This document shows, piece after piece, positions 10,166 through 20,761 of a stretch of DNA of 64,000 nt. This DNA is from a virus (taxonomy: Duplodnaviria; Caudoviricetes). The notes beneath the pieces are model-generated. The model made no database searches, was not told the origin of the DNA, and saw only the letters and a list, made by a program, of their open reading frames with translations. Location: positions 64,252 to 128,251 of the IMG/VR virus record IMGVR_UViG_3300025390_000003. The stretch is one strand, 5' to 3'. Each line of letters begins with the position of its first letter. The first letter of the stretch is position 1. The translations under genes were made by a program, and so were the position numbers.

Positions 10166-10195
10166 AGGGTTAGGGATTTTAATGTCCCTAACCCT
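10166..10195 (-). terminator. Terminator hairpin after gp32
   Basis: agggttaggga/tccctaaccct stem flanked by A/T tracts. Confidence 0.75.
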
Positions 10196-10203
10196 ATTTT
10201 TTA

Positions 10204-11085
10204 TTAATCTAAGTCTGCAAGTAATGCCTTCAACTTAGCATCAGTGTCTTCGTCCGTTTCGCTAGTCACCGGATTATTGGATTCAACTTCTCTCTTTTCT
10301 GGTCTAGAACTAGAGGCATTCGTTGGTTCATCATCTTCCTCAACTTCTTCCTTTGCATCCGCATCCTTGATGCATAGGAAGTGAACATCCAACATTCTTT
10401 GTAATTCTGCTGCCTTCTTTGGTTTCATGAAGGAAGTAAGATCAAAAACGCTATTATGGATTTCATCCAACTTTTCTTCAGTTATTCCGTCTAACGTAGA
10501 TGGTGCCAAAAATTTAGAAGATACATAAGTCGTGGAAACAGCACTTGCGTTCTTCTTATCAGTTTTCGATTCACATTTAATTCTTAATGTGCATCCATCC
10601 AAGACATCAAATATCTTCGCGCCGAACTCTTCTGCGTCATCACCCTTGAGCGCACTTTCAATGATTTTATTCAATTCGCTACCATATCGAATGACCTTAA
10701 CCTTTCCGTTATTTTCAGGGGTAACTGGATCGTTGATAACATACGCATTTACCATCCAGTTATCTTTTCTGGAAATTAAACGGTTTGCCTTTTTTTGTTC
10801 TTCAGTTCCATTATTATAGATATTGAAGATATAATTGTCTATAGGGCAAGATTCGCCATAAGTCTTAGGACAAAGAGCAGAAACAAATTGCCCTGTAGAT
10901 ACACTCTTCCAACTGTGGTGAAAGTAATGATATGTAGATTGTTTTGGGTCAGTTACTGTAGGAACTAGACGAACTAGGTATGTATTTCCTGCTGCGAACT
11001 TCATTACGTCTTTAAATAAAGATTCGGATTTTGGGTTATATGAGTTTTTAATCTCATCGAACATTGATTTTGCGTTGTATTTCAT
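10204..11085 (-). CDS. gp32: Single-stranded DNA-binding protein (T4 gp32-like)
   Basis: VRLVP, H...CPKTYGESCPI Zn site, NAYVINDPVTPENNGKV, acidic tail ending LLADLD. Confidence 0.93.
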   Translation of the reverse strand: MKYNAKSMFDEIKNSYNPKSESLFKDVMKFAAGNTYLVRLVPTVTDPKQSTYHYFHHSWKSVSTGQFVSALCPKTYGESCPIDNYIFNIYNNGTEEQKKANRLISRKDNWMVNAYVINDPVTPENNGKVKVIRYGSELNKIIESALKGDDAEEFGAKIFDVLDGCTLRIKCESKTDKKNASAVSTTYVSSKFLAPSTLDGITEEKLDEIHNSVFDLTSFMKPKKAAELQRMLDVHFLCIKDADAKEEVEEDDEPTNASSSRPEKREVESNNPVTSETDEDTDAKLKALLADLD

Positions 11086-11137
11086 AATTTTTATATTTGA
11101 TTTATTTGTATTATATATTAGTTTTTTGTGTTTTCAA

Positions 11138-11788
11138 CTATTTCTTCAAAGTATTTTTAATAAACGCACTTATTTTCTTAATTGCTAGTTTGAGAAAGGG
11201 TTTAAGTGGTGAATTTAAATATTTGATTTTTTTGTCGAAAAAGTCTGTATATGTAGCTCCAAAAAACAGGAATTGTTCATCCTCTGGTATCTCGCTAATG
11301 TATTCAAGCAAGTTTGGAAACTCCATTAAAGTGTATATGTTAATTTTATTTAATTTTAAGTGATACATCCAATCAGGGTGCATACCTTGTGTTTTGTTAT
11401 TAATATATTTATCTAAAGATATTTTATTTTCTATGCAATATTTGGTTATAAATCCTAAAGATTTTTTAACATCAGATATATGTTGTTCAGGTGCCAACTT
11501 TTCTAATTCATTTTTATATAATGAATAACTTTTTATTGCTCTTAACGAGGAGAAATATTGTAGGTCGAAATATTCTACATCAGGGTATAATTTATAAGGA
11601 GCAATAAAATATAAATTCATATCAATTTCAGGATACTTACCAAAGAGTATTGCAATTCTCTTTATATATGGGTATCGTTCATCATCTTCAAATCCAGTAA
11701 AGTCTTTCTTTAATTTGAAAGATTTTTTTCTTAAAGATCGGGATACTGCTAGATGTTTGTTATAAATTGTTTTTTCTATCTCGGTCAT
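11138..11788 (-). CDS. Putative helicase loader (gp59-like by size and position)
   Basis: 216 aa, basic, immediately upstream of gp32 as T4 gp59 is; sequence similarity not established. Confidence 0.45.
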   Translation of the reverse strand: MTEIEKTIYNKHLAVSRSLRKKSFKLKKDFTGFEDDERYPYIKRIAILFGKYPEIDMNLYFIAPYKLYPDVEYFDLQYFSSLRAIKSYSLYKNELEKLAPEQHISDVKKSLGFITKYCIENKISLDKYINNKTQGMHPDWMYHLKLNKINIYTLMEFPNLLEYISEIPEDEQFLFFGATYTDFFDKKIKYLNSPLKPFLKLAIKKISAFIKNTLKK

Positions 11789-12122
11789 TTTTTCCCTTTG
11801 ATTTCTCGAAAATTCTTTTTGTGTTTTTGGATTTTACTAATACTGGATATATTTCCATAATTTGCAAAAGCGCATGTCTTACAGTTTCTGCTCCAGTTAT
11901 TTCCATAAATATATCACGTAATTTAGAATTTTCAAGGATCGACATGAATAAAACGGATGCATTGATCCTTTTATTATTAACTATTGACAAATACGCACCA
12001 AATTTTAATACATTTATTACAAATTCTTTATTACATATATTATCTAATGGGTCGTTGCCGCTTATAATGTTGTCTAATATTTTGTCGTTTAACATATAAT
12101 TACAAAAATAATTATACAACAT
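11760..12122 (-). CDS. Hypothetical protein (syntenic with T4 gp33)
   Basis: Small ORF overlapping the next gene; positional argument only. Confidence 0.55.
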   Translation of the reverse strand: MLYNYFCNYMLNDKILDNIISGNDPLDNICNKEFVINVLKFGAYLSIVNNKRINASVLFMSILENSKLRDIFMEITGAETVRHALLQIMEIYPVLVKSKNTKRIFEKSKGKNDRDRKNNL

Positions 12123-12142
12123 TTAAACAATTGCAAATATTA

Positions 12143-13027
12143 TTATATCGGTTTTAATGTTTTTGTAAAGGATACGAACGCTTCACTCATACGACCACCA
12201 CTTGCCGCAGGATGTCCACCACCATCTAACAATTTTTCCGCTAACTTAGATAAATCCACTGGACATGAATCTTTTTTACGAACACACACTTTATCATAAT
12301 CCAATACTACAATAAATACAATATCAACATCATACTTCTCTAAAAGATAGTCACTCATCTCTTGTATATATTCCTTACCTATTACAGAAATTACTTTGTA
12401 ATCAACACCCTTTATTGTCAATTTTCCTCTATATACCGTTCTATCTTCATTTAAATATGCATCTCTATCTTTCTTATAAAAATCTATAATATTCTTTTGG
12501 AATTTATCAAAATTTTTAAAACCTTGACGAAAGTTTACAATGAATGAATCTACTTTATTATTAGTGTTATGAAAGACAATATTTAAATCATTGGATAATG
12601 GAGTTTTCTTAGTATGTGCATCAAAATCATCCGCTAACCCAATCAATAATTTTTGATCGTTAGTAAAATTGGTGTTCTTCCCTAATGTATCTTTTAGCAA
12701 CTTAGAGCATGAAGTATATTCTTTAATGATGTTTGTTGCACTCTTATATTCGTAATTATGTGATTGGCGATGATCGATAATAACAACATTAGGAAAATCT
12801 ATCATATCTCCGATTTCTGAAGTGTCCAAATCCAAAAAGAACACCTTTTTATAATCCGTTAGTTGATTTCCCTTCAGCCAGATTTTAACATTTTCAAATA
12901 ATGAATATGGAGTTGTAGTTTCTATTTTGGGTAGTTTCCCTAAAATCCAACTAAGTGTAAGATATGAAGAGATTCCATCTAAATCTCTATGGGTAAAAAC
13001 TATAATGTTTGAATCTATATTGTCCAT
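12143..13027 (-). CDS. DHH/DHHA1 phosphoesterase
   Basis: HRDLDG, FFLDL, IIDHR (DHH variant) and GGGHPAASG. Confidence 0.88.
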   Translation of the reverse strand: MDNIDSNIIVFTHRDLDGISSYLTLSWILGKLPKIETTTPYSLFENVKIWLKGNQLTDYKKVFFLDLDTSEIGDMIDFPNVVIIDHRQSHNYEYKSATNIIKEYTSCSKLLKDTLGKNTNFTNDQKLLIGLADDFDAHTKKTPLSNDLNIVFHNTNNKVDSFIVNFRQGFKNFDKFQKNIIDFYKKDRDAYLNEDRTVYRGKLTIKGVDYKVISVIGKEYIQEMSDYLLEKYDVDIVFIVVLDYDKVCVRKKDSCPVDLSKLAEKLLDGGGHPAASGGRMSEAFVSFTKTLKPI

Positions 13028-13035
13028 AATTTATA

Positions 13036-14430
13036 TTATTTATTTTCTTTGCTATCCGCTATTTTATCTAATAACGAAGATATGTCGTTATTGTCTTTAT
13101 CATCGTCTTCTTCTGTTGGTTCATCTTCCACAAACATATCTTCATTAGTTTCCGATAATGATAAAGTTTGATAATCAATATTAAATCTCCATCCTCCAGT
13201 ATTTCTACCAAATCGATTTTTTATCATATTCATATTGATAGAACTCACATCAACCTCATCTTTGGGTTTCCATATATTACACATCACATCACATGTTGCT
13301 GCTAATGCTATGCTTTCAGAAACCCCTTCCATTCCAGGATTATCTTTATTAAATGAATCTCGTTTTAATTGACTTGCGGAAACAACAGGAATATTAAACT
13401 TAAACGCCATTGCTCTAAGATGTTCCGCAATTTCCTTAATTTCCGAATATGTATTTAAATTCTTACCTATTGGTTTTAGTAGATTTATATAATCGATAAC
13501 CACAACATCAGGTTTAAACCCTTTATGTTTTAATTTTTTAATATATGCTTCTAAATGTCTGACAGTAACGGATTTTGGTGCGTATTCTTTAATGACTAAT
13601 TTATTTCCGTCTAATCTATCTCCGATATTGATAATTTTCTCTTTAAGTTTATCTGTATACTGCACCAATTCATTGTGTGGTATTTTAGATAATTGAGCAC
13701 TAATCCGTTTGCTATACATAAACTCAGACATTTCACAAGATATCAATAATACATTTCTACCTTTCAGTGTCATGTTTGTCGCTATATTTCCTAAAACAAT
13801 ACTCTTACCAACATTAACTTGTCCTAAGAAACATACCAAAGTTTTCGGAAATAAACCACCTTCAATTTTATCATCCAGACTTTTCCATCCTGTAGGCATT
13901 GGATTATATATAGCTTTCAAATCCTGAATATGAGCATCAATATTTTCAAAATACCAATGTCCTAAATCTTCATTCAAAGATATTGCATATATTTTTTCAA
14001 ATTCTTGAAGTGAATCACCAATCTCTCGCTTTCCTTTGGTGTAGTTTTCAGCCATATCCTCAAGAGTTTTATGTAATCCTCTTTCCTTTAGAAATTTTTC
14101 AGTATTTTCATAAAGTTCTTCCTTATTGAATTTGTCACCCAATATGTTTTTATTTCGAGTTAATACATCCCGCAATGCCAATTTATCTTCATCAGAAATC
14201 AATTTAGCCTTAATTTCTGCATACGTTGGACACACACCACGATCATTAAAAAATTCTACAATCTTATTAAAAATTAATCGTATTTGTTTATCCACGAAAT
14301 ATGCTGGATTCGCATGATCAACAATAGCTGCTAGATATTGCTCATCATTAATACAATTAACAAGAATGATATTTTCGTAATACTCTAAATCTAGTTTTTT
14401 TTCTTCTAATATTTCTTTTTTTTCGTTCAC
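13036..14430 (-). CDS. gp41: Replicative DnaB-like helicase
   Basis: GQVNVGKS, ISCEMS, VVIDYINLL, SASQLKR, SESIAL, KNRFG. Confidence 0.95.
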   Translation of the reverse strand: MNEKKEILEEKKLDLEYYENIILVNCINDEQYLAAIVDHANPAYFVDKQIRLIFNKIVEFFNDRGVCPTYAEIKAKLISDEDKLALRDVLTRNKNILGDKFNKEELYENTEKFLKERGLHKTLEDMAENYTKGKREIGDSLQEFEKIYAISLNEDLGHWYFENIDAHIQDLKAIYNPMPTGWKSLDDKIEGGLFPKTLVCFLGQVNVGKSIVLGNIATNMTLKGRNVLLISCEMSEFMYSKRISAQLSKIPHNELVQYTDKLKEKIINIGDRLDGNKLVIKEYAPKSVTVRHLEAYIKKLKHKGFKPDVVVIDYINLLKPIGKNLNTYSEIKEIAEHLRAMAFKFNIPVVSASQLKRDSFNKDNPGMEGVSESIALAATCDVMCNIWKPKDEVDVSSINMNMIKNRFGRNTGGWRFNIDYQTLSLSETNEDMFVEDEPTEEDDDKDNNDISSLLDKIADSKENK

Positions 14431-14472
14431 AATATAATTCCTATATTATACCACATCACTTTAAGAAATCTA

Positions 14473-15657
14473 TTATTCTTCGCTAGATTCATCATCTTCA
14501 TCAATATCATCTACATCTTCTGCAAGTTTAGCCATTTCCTTGTCGATAATAGCTGAAGGTGTTTCTGCTTCTCCACCATACTTGAGTTTTTCTTGGAGCA
14601 CCTTTTCCAATTCTGGCATGATCATCTCCCAAATTTCAGCATTCTTTTCGATGTTTTTTCTAAATCCTATAGACTTATCACCAAACTTATATGATCTACC
14701 TTCTTTTTGTATTAATCCAAATGCTTCAGCCATATCAAACAATCCAGCATAAGGATCTAATCCAGTTTGAAAGTTTAAATACAATTCAGTTTTTAAATAT
14801 GATGGAATGAAACGGTTCTTAGTTGTTAATGCACCCAAAGTAACACCAGAAACATTATGTGATATTTCTACTGCGGCTTCATCAGGATTTTCTGAAGATT
14901 TTTCTTGCTTTGTGCTTAATTGGACTAACACCGAAGCGAGATATGTTGGTGCCTTTCCTCCACTCGTAGTTTTAACCAAAGAAGGATACATGTCACCAGG
15001 ATTATCATAAATATGATTACTGAACAAAATTGGAACTCTAGCTTTCGCAGATTTATATGTCAAAGCTCGCATCATACTCCGAATACTCTTACTTCTTGTA
15101 CCCATGTCTGCGGCACTTTTACCTTCTTGTGCATCTTTAATTTCTTTAGCGGATGATAAATTACCTAAAGAATCGATAGATATGATAAATTTATTTTTCT
15201 CTTTGTTTGATGGGTCTTCTGAATTGGATTTAATAACATTATCCAAAAACATACAAATTTGGTTTCTACAGTCTTCAATAGCTTCTACTGGATAATATTT
15301 AACTTTCTTTGGATTTCCGCCTACAGACTTTATGTTGTCTTTATCAACTGCAACTTCAGAGTCCCAAATAACTCCAATATAACCTTCTTTTTGTGCATTA
15401 GCAATTACTTTATTAATAATCAAAGTTTTACCAGACATACTCGGACCTGAAAATCCTGTAATACGACTTTTTGGAATACCGCCATATAGTGATCCTGATA
15501 TAATTGCGTTTAATGCATAACAACCAGTGGAAATATAACCATCAGGTGTTGATAATGTGGAATCTGATAATATTTCTGCATCAGGATTTAATTTATCCAC
15601 TGATCCAAAAATTCCACTAAATCCTTTCAATTCATTTTTTTCTTTTTTAATAGCCAT
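14473..15657 (-). CDS. uvsX: RecA-like recombinase
   Basis: STGCYALNAIISG, GPSMSGKT, IDSLGNL, DMGTR, SGG. Confidence 0.95.
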   Translation of the reverse strand: MAIKKEKNELKGFSGIFGSVDKLNPDAEILSDSTLSTPDGYISTGCYALNAIISGSLYGGIPKSRITGFSGPSMSGKTLIINKVIANAQKEGYIGVIWDSEVAVDKDNIKSVGGNPKKVKYYPVEAIEDCRNQICMFLDNVIKSNSEDPSNKEKNKFIISIDSLGNLSSAKEIKDAQEGKSAADMGTRSKSIRSMMRALTYKSAKARVPILFSNHIYDNPGDMYPSLVKTTSGGKAPTYLASVLVQLSTKQEKSSENPDEAAVEISHNVSGVTLGALTTKNRFIPSYLKTELYLNFQTGLDPYAGLFDMAEAFGLIQKEGRSYKFGDKSIGFRKNIEKNAEIWEMIMPELEKVLQEKLKYGGEAETPSAIIDKEMAKLAEDVDDIDEDDESSEE

Positions 15658-15661
15658 AATG

Positions 15662-15669
15662 TATTTATA
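15662..15669 (-). promoter_or_regulatory. T4-type late promoter TATAAATA
   Basis: Perfect T4 late consensus 4 nt upstream of the uvsX ATG. Confidence 0.7.
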
Positions 15670-15685
15670 TGTTGATGCGAAAGCT

Positions 15686-15724
15686 AATGGTAGTGGATGG
15701 CATCAAACATCCACTACCATTTTT
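15686..15724. terminator. Stem-loop between hypothetical gene and uvsX
   Basis: aatggtagtggatg/catccactaccatt inverted repeat. Confidence 0.65.
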
Positions 15725-15735
15725 AATATTTCCTA

Positions 15736-16110
15736 TTACTTCACATCATCGAACAACTTAATAGTAGGCGGTTCGTTACTTGCTTGTGGGATAATGATTG
15801 GTGATGGATTAAAAATCTGTGCATACTGTGCAGGAAGTTTAAAGTCATAAACAATATCTTCGCTTTCTGTGATATTGTTCCGCTTATACTTCCAAACAGT
15901 TCCAGAATCTTTGTCAGCCAAAAACTCACGGAAAAACAATGGCAATATTTGCAATTGTATCTGTCCAGTTTGAGGATTTGGGACAATATGAATCAACGCA
16001 GGATTCTTAATTGCCAATACTTCGTTATTTGATTGTTCTGCAACCGCTTCGCCAATAATAGTTCTGCCGATTGTGTCAAGGAATGTAGTTAATTTAATAG
16101 TTTCGCTCAT
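15736..16110 (-). CDS. Hypothetical protein
   Basis: 124-aa ORF between pol and uvsX. Confidence 0.75.
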   Translation of the reverse strand: MSETIKLTTFLDTIGRTIIGEAVAEQSNNEVLAIKNPALIHIVPNPQTGQIQLQILPLFFREFLADKDSGTVWKYKRNNITESEDIVYDFKLPAQYAQIFNPSPIIIPQASNEPPTIKLFDDVK

Positions 16111-16155
16111 AATATTTCAAATATAATTTATGTATAGTATTTCCAAAATCAAGGG

Positions 16156-19100
16156 TTAATCAGAAAATAAATCAAATAAGTTTGTAGTAGTTTGATTGCA
16201 CACATCAGGCATCATCCAATTCACTCCATCATATAATCTTTCTATTGCTGGTAATATCTGTTTTTCAAACATCTTTTCTTTATCTACAACTAGTTTTGTA
16301 AATTCTTTAGGGTATTCACTAGGATAAGCAATGGCATCTAAACCATATACATTCTTCTTGAGATATACCCATTTAACCTTTTGATTTGAATTTATTCTCT
16401 CGTATTTATCTTCGATTTTTAATAATTTCAAGAGTAAATTATATGCAATTGCTGCTTTTACATGCACTGGTGTTCCTGATTCGAATTTTGTCAGTGTTGA
16501 AGTCTTCGCATATTTTTCATAATTGTTTACTGAAATACGAAACGCCATATCATCCAAACTTAATTGTTTAAAATCATCATACACCTTTATATACACTTCA
16601 TTTGTAGACTTTAATGTTTTCAAAGATAATAAAGTATTCATTATCCGTTTGATAAATTCTTTAACTTCCTTAGATATTGTAGATTTCGCAACTTCAACTC
16701 CAACATATTTAAATTCATCAGTTTTCTTACCTTCTTTATCATTGATGTGTAATATATAACGTTTTTTCATCAAAAATACTCCTGCATCCGCAATAACTTC
16801 TCTTTTAAATACGAATCTTGGATCAGTAGTATGCAATTCTCGTTTTGCCCACACATTAATCTCATCGTTTAATACATTGTCAATCTCATCAATAACAATA
16901 GCCGCATCTTTTGCGATATCACCATTATCTTCTAATAGTTTATAATTTTTAATATCTAGTATTGGTGCAACAGTCAAGTAAATTGAATTATGGACTAATA
17001 TATCATTTGCAAAATATGTTTGTTCCACTGGATTTTCTGTATCCATTTCAAAATCGTATACATATTCATCATCGAAAACATCAAGCTGTTCTACTTTAAA
17101 TTTATCTGTAATTATAGTTTTAAGTATGCTCGTTATATTATCTGATATATACAATATTTTATCACTTTCTGCAATTTCTTTAGGTGATATTCTTGTTAGT
17201 TTATCATTCCTAACAACTACCATATCATGATCTTCCGTTATGACCACACTTTTACCGTCTACCGTAATCTTATATCGTTTCTTGGTTACTTTATGCCGAA
17301 TTATGTGTTTAATTTTACCATAAACTGGTATATTATTTTTATATGTTAAAATTTCTATACCATTAGTATGTTTCATTTCATGTCCAGATGATGTTTTTAG
17401 AATGATATTATCATTATTCTCCCAAAGTTTTTCTATTGTATCCTCACCATTCTTGTGTCGAATTATACTATCAAAAGCTACTGAGTCCGTATCACCGTAC
17501 ACCACAATACTTTTACCTGTCACTCCGTATTTTTCCTTTGCGTGGCGATCTACAATATTTGCAGCCTCTTGTCCAACTGCTCTACCCGTTGCGGTGACTG
17601 ATCTTGCAGCATCAATATCCGCAAAAATACAGTAATTATTCGCAAACGCCCCATATAAAGAATTAAGAAAAATCTTTACAGTATATTGCAAAGTGTCAAG
17701 ATAAATAAGTTCATATTCATCTTCGTCGGTTTTCATTTTTTTCTTATCTATTTTTTTATATTTTGCTTTTGCATCTACTCGTTTTGTATAAAGATCGTCA
17801 ACTAATTTTGGAATGATGCCTTTATTTTTTTGTGAATATATTACATTAGCATTTGATATACACATCTGTTCACTTATCAAAAACTTTTTCAATTTTGATA
17901 TAGAGAGTGTATAAGATTTTCCTGTTACCAATACCAATTCCGCAACATCATCAGGATTATTAAAATCAGGATTGTTTATAAGTTTTCCCACTTTTGTCTC
18001 TGGTGATATGTTTAATGTAATAATGGTGTTTGGGTATAGACTATTAGCATCGAAGCTTACAATGGCTTCCTGGAGTCCTGTAATAGGCTCTCTGACGAAT
18101 CCACCAGGAAGTTCACCATTAAGATTAGGAGGGAATGTCGGAATGGTTAATCCTTCCTTTTTAGCTTGAATTGCAATAGCACCAACAACCAATGTTACTT
18201 TACCCAAAGCACTTTCAAAGTTCGAACAACCTTGGTATGAAAGCAATCTTGCGATTTGAATATATTTTAATTTCTCCTCAAGTTTAACAAGCAATGCAAC
18301 ATCTTGAATATTATACTCAACAAAATTTTTCCAATCTGTGTCTGCTAATGTCGAAAGATTTGTGGCATTTATTTCCAATTTCCCTTCGTTCAATTCTACT
18401 TCTCCAATATAATTTAATTTATACGATTCTCGTTTATCTCTTGCGAAGGTTTTATATAATAACATATAGTCCAATATACTCACGCCTTGGATATGCCATT
18501 TTATAAATTGTTGTCCAAAGTCATTTGTTGCATTAGATGAATATAGTTTTCTGAATGGTGAAAGTCTTTTTGCTGCTGCTTCACCCATAACATTAGTAAT
18601 ACGATTGATTATATATGGAACGTCAAAACCATCACAATTATGGGTTTTTATACCATTACACACAAAATAATGAGTGGACGTTTCAATATCTGCCATTTCT
18701 GTGGGGGTTTCGGTTTTATATATTTTTCTTATTTTTACTAAAATATTATCTTCCTTGATAAAGTATTTAATTTTATCACTAGAATTATTACATTTTTCAA
18801 AAAAACATACCCCTCCATCAATTTTTCTATTTGGGTGTATAATATCAAGACCACGTAGAAAACTTTCATTTTCTAATATAAAAGGTATCCTATTTAATGT
18901 TTTAGTTTTTGTAGATATTACATTATTCCACAATAATAATTGTTGTAAATTTGATAAGTTTTCTTCTATGCTATTACAGACGCCTAACGTTTTTTGGATA
19001 TTAGAAAAACATCCATCGCCATCAACCAAACCTGAATAAAAACTTTTAAATTGTTCATAAGATAGCATCGATATTGGGGTTATTGATATTTTTTTCTTGT

Positions 19101-20718
19101 TGTTTATATCGTAAATAAAAGGCAATAATATCCCAATTTTATTATTAACCGTCAAAGATTTATAATAACAACCATCCTTTACCTTTTGTGGTTTAGATAA
19201 TTTTAATTGTTTATTGAATATTTTATTATATTTGTCAGTATAATATTCTGTGACTTCTTTATAAACACTACTATATGTATTCGAAAATTCTTTAAAATCT
19301 ATACATCCATCAGTAAAAGTAAACCCGATAAATTTTAAAATATCATTATCTATAATCTCGTCTATATCAACATCAAATCCCCCCCCATTAGTTGGGCAAA
19401 ATTTTATTACAGATTCACCAGAAATATATTCTAAAATCATATCATCAGGAATATATTTTTGTAGATTTTTATAATTCCAACCTTTACGTCTCCAAAATTT
19501 GTTGCTGTGCCAATACTCTGGTTTTATTATTTCTTTAACTGGAGTATTCTTTAAATAATTTCTAATTTTTTCAGACTTTATGATAAAATCGAAATATTCA
19601 TAGTTTTTTATATTTTCAAAATTTTCTATTATATATTTTTTATACGTTAAATTTTGGTTGTTGTTTATTCTTTTATTAAGGACTATATAACAATCATCAT
19701 TTAAATCTATATTTTTTAGTTTTGTGTCTTCTATTGTCCGATATAAAGAATTTTGGTTTTTATACAATTCCCTTCCTTTTTTACAAATCGGAAAAATATG
19801 CTCATTTGAGCAAAATATAGTATTGCCAAATTCTGTCTCTATACAATATTCATCTTTGTTTCCTGTATCCTTAAAATCAACAACTTTGTTACTATCTCCA
19901 TTAGCATCAAAAAGTTTGCTCCCCTTCTTTACATCACCAAATTTTATGATCTTATCAGTATTCCAAATATATTGATTCTTAGAAATACAATTCCAACCGA
20001 CGAGAATATCCGGGTGATCTCTTTTCCAATGTTTAATAAATCCGTCTAACAATTCAAATTCTGAATCACACTTATGATAATAGACATTGGATTTTGTGGG
20101 TGTATAATCTTTAACCCCCCAAGTATGATATTCATTAGATATTGAATCATAAACAGTAATCAACAATACTGGAAATTTTGCATCAGAAGGATTTGGAAAT
20201 TCTTGGGTTTGATAACAAGAACTCATGATTCTCGACCATTCCTTGGTTTCCTCGTCCATTACAGTATACGAATCTTTGTCTAGTGTTAATAAATCTCCAA
20301 CACATACAGTAGATATTTCTCCATCATTCCTTTTTACTTCGACTTTATGTTGGTCACTAAAACGGTTACACTTAGTTTCTATGTCTATATAGAAAACCTT
20401 TAATGCAAACTTACTAAAATCCTTATCATCAATCTTATCGTAATATTCATCAATTAGATATTGTTGTTCAACTGGAAGGTTATTAAATATCCGTTCGTTT
20501 GGATTAAATTTAACATACTCTTTTCTCTCATAAGAATTTTTAAAATTTTTACGAAACAATGGTGTTTTAAAAATTGATAGACCGTCTTTAGCATCTTCCC
20601 TTTCAACATATAGATAAGGTTTATAGGGTATTTCTGTATCTATTCTATCTCCATCTGGTGTCCAAGTTCTGAGATACACCAATCCCTCTTTACTGTCGTA
20701 ATAACAATTTCTATACAT
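16156..20718 (-). CDS. gp43: Family B DNA polymerase with two inteins
   Basis: ExoI DIET, ExoII GWN|CDGFD, ExoIII YNIQD, motif A DANSLYP, motif B KIFLNSLYG, motif C YGDTD|S, KKRY. Confidence 0.97.
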   Translation of the reverse strand: MYRNCYYDSKEGLVYLRTWTPDGDRIDTEIPYKPYLYVEREDAKDGLSIFKTPLFRKNFKNSYERKEYVKFNPNERIFNNLPVEQQYLIDEYYDKIDDKDFSKFALKVFYIDIETKCNRFSDQHKVEVKRNDGEISTVCVGDLLTLDKDSYTVMDEETKEWSRIMSSCYQTQEFPNPSDAKFPVLLITVYDSISNEYHTWGVKDYTPTKSNVYYHKCDSEFELLDGFIKHWKRDHPDILVGWNCISKNQYIWNTDKIIKFGDVKKGSKLFDANGDSNKVVDFKDTGNKDEYCIETEFGNTIFCSNEHIFPICKKGRELYKNQNSLYRTIEDTKLKNIDLNDDCYIVLNKRINNNQNLTYKKYIIENFENIKNYEYFDFIIKSEKIRNYLKNTPVKEIIKPEYWHSNKFWRRKGWNYKNLQKYIPDDMILEYISGESVIKFCPTNGGGFDVDIDEIIDNDILKFIGFTFTDGCIDFKEFSNTYSSVYKEVTEYYTDKYNKIFNKQLKLSKPQKVKDGCYYKSLTVNNKIGILLPFIYDINNKKKISITPISMLSYEQFKSFYSGLVDGDGCFSNIQKTLGVCNSIEENLSNLQQLLLWNNVISTKTKTLNRIPFILENESFLRGLDIIHPNRKIDGGVCFFEKCNNSSDKIKYFIKEDNILVKIRKIYKTETPTEMADIETSTHYFVCNGIKTHNCDGFDVPYIINRITNVMGEAAAKRLSPFRKLYSSNATNDFGQQFIKWHIQGVSILDYMLLYKTFARDKRESYKLNYIGEVELNEGKLEINATNLSTLADTDWKNFVEYNIQDVALLVKLEEKLKYIQIARLLSYQGCSNFESALGKVTLVVGAIAIQAKKEGLTIPTFPPNLNGELPGGFVREPITGLQEAIVSFDANSLYPNTIITLNISPETKVGKLINNPDFNNPDDVAELVLVTGKSYTLSISKLKKFLISEQMCISNANVIYSQKNKGIIPKLVDDLYTKRVDAKAKYKKIDKKKMKTDEDEYELIYLDTLQYTVKIFLNSLYGAFANNYCIFADIDAARSVTATGRAVGQEAANIVDRHAKEKYGVTGKSIVVYGDTDSVAFDSIIRHKNGEDTIEKLWENNDNIILKTSSGHEMKHTNGIEILTYKNNIPVYGKIKHIIRHKVTKKRYKITVDGKSVVITEDHDMVVVRNDKLTRISPKEIAESDKILYISDNITSILKTIITDKFKVEQLDVFDDEYVYDFEMDTENPVEQTYFANDILVHNSIYLTVAPILDIKNYKLLEDNGDIAKDAAIVIDEIDNVLNDEINVWAKRELHTTDPRFVFKREVIADAGVFLMKKRYILHINDKEGKKTDEFKYVGVEVAKSTISKEVKEFIKRIMNTLLSLKTLKSTNEVYIKVYDDFKQLSLDDMAFRISVNNYEKYAKTSTLTKFESGTPVHVKAAIAYNLLLKLLKIEDKYERINSNQKVKWVYLKKNVYGLDAIAYPSEYPKEFTKLVVDKEKMFEKQILPAIERLYDGVNWMMPDVCNQTTTNLFDLFSD
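16987..17484 (-). mobile_element. 166-aa cysteine-free mini-intein (Ser1/Ser+1) in PolB motif C
   Basis: YGDTD|SVAFDS...ITEDH...YVYDFE...NDILVHN|SIY; no Cys in the intein. Confidence 0.92.
18637..19989 (-). mobile_element. 451-aa intein with LAGLIDADG endonuclease in PolB ExoII
   Basis: GWN|CISKN...CSNEH...FIGFTFTDG...SGLVDGDG...NGIKTHN|CDGFD. Confidence 0.93.
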
Positions 20719-20725
20719 TTCTCAA

Positions 20726-20753
20726 ATTATAATCCCCTTCCGCAAAAAATCAA
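20726..20753 (-). promoter_or_regulatory. Sigma70-like promoter of gp43 (essentially leaderless)
   Basis: TTGATT-N16-TATAAT, 7 nt upstream of the ATG. Confidence 0.7.
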
Positions 20754-20761
20754 ACTACTTC

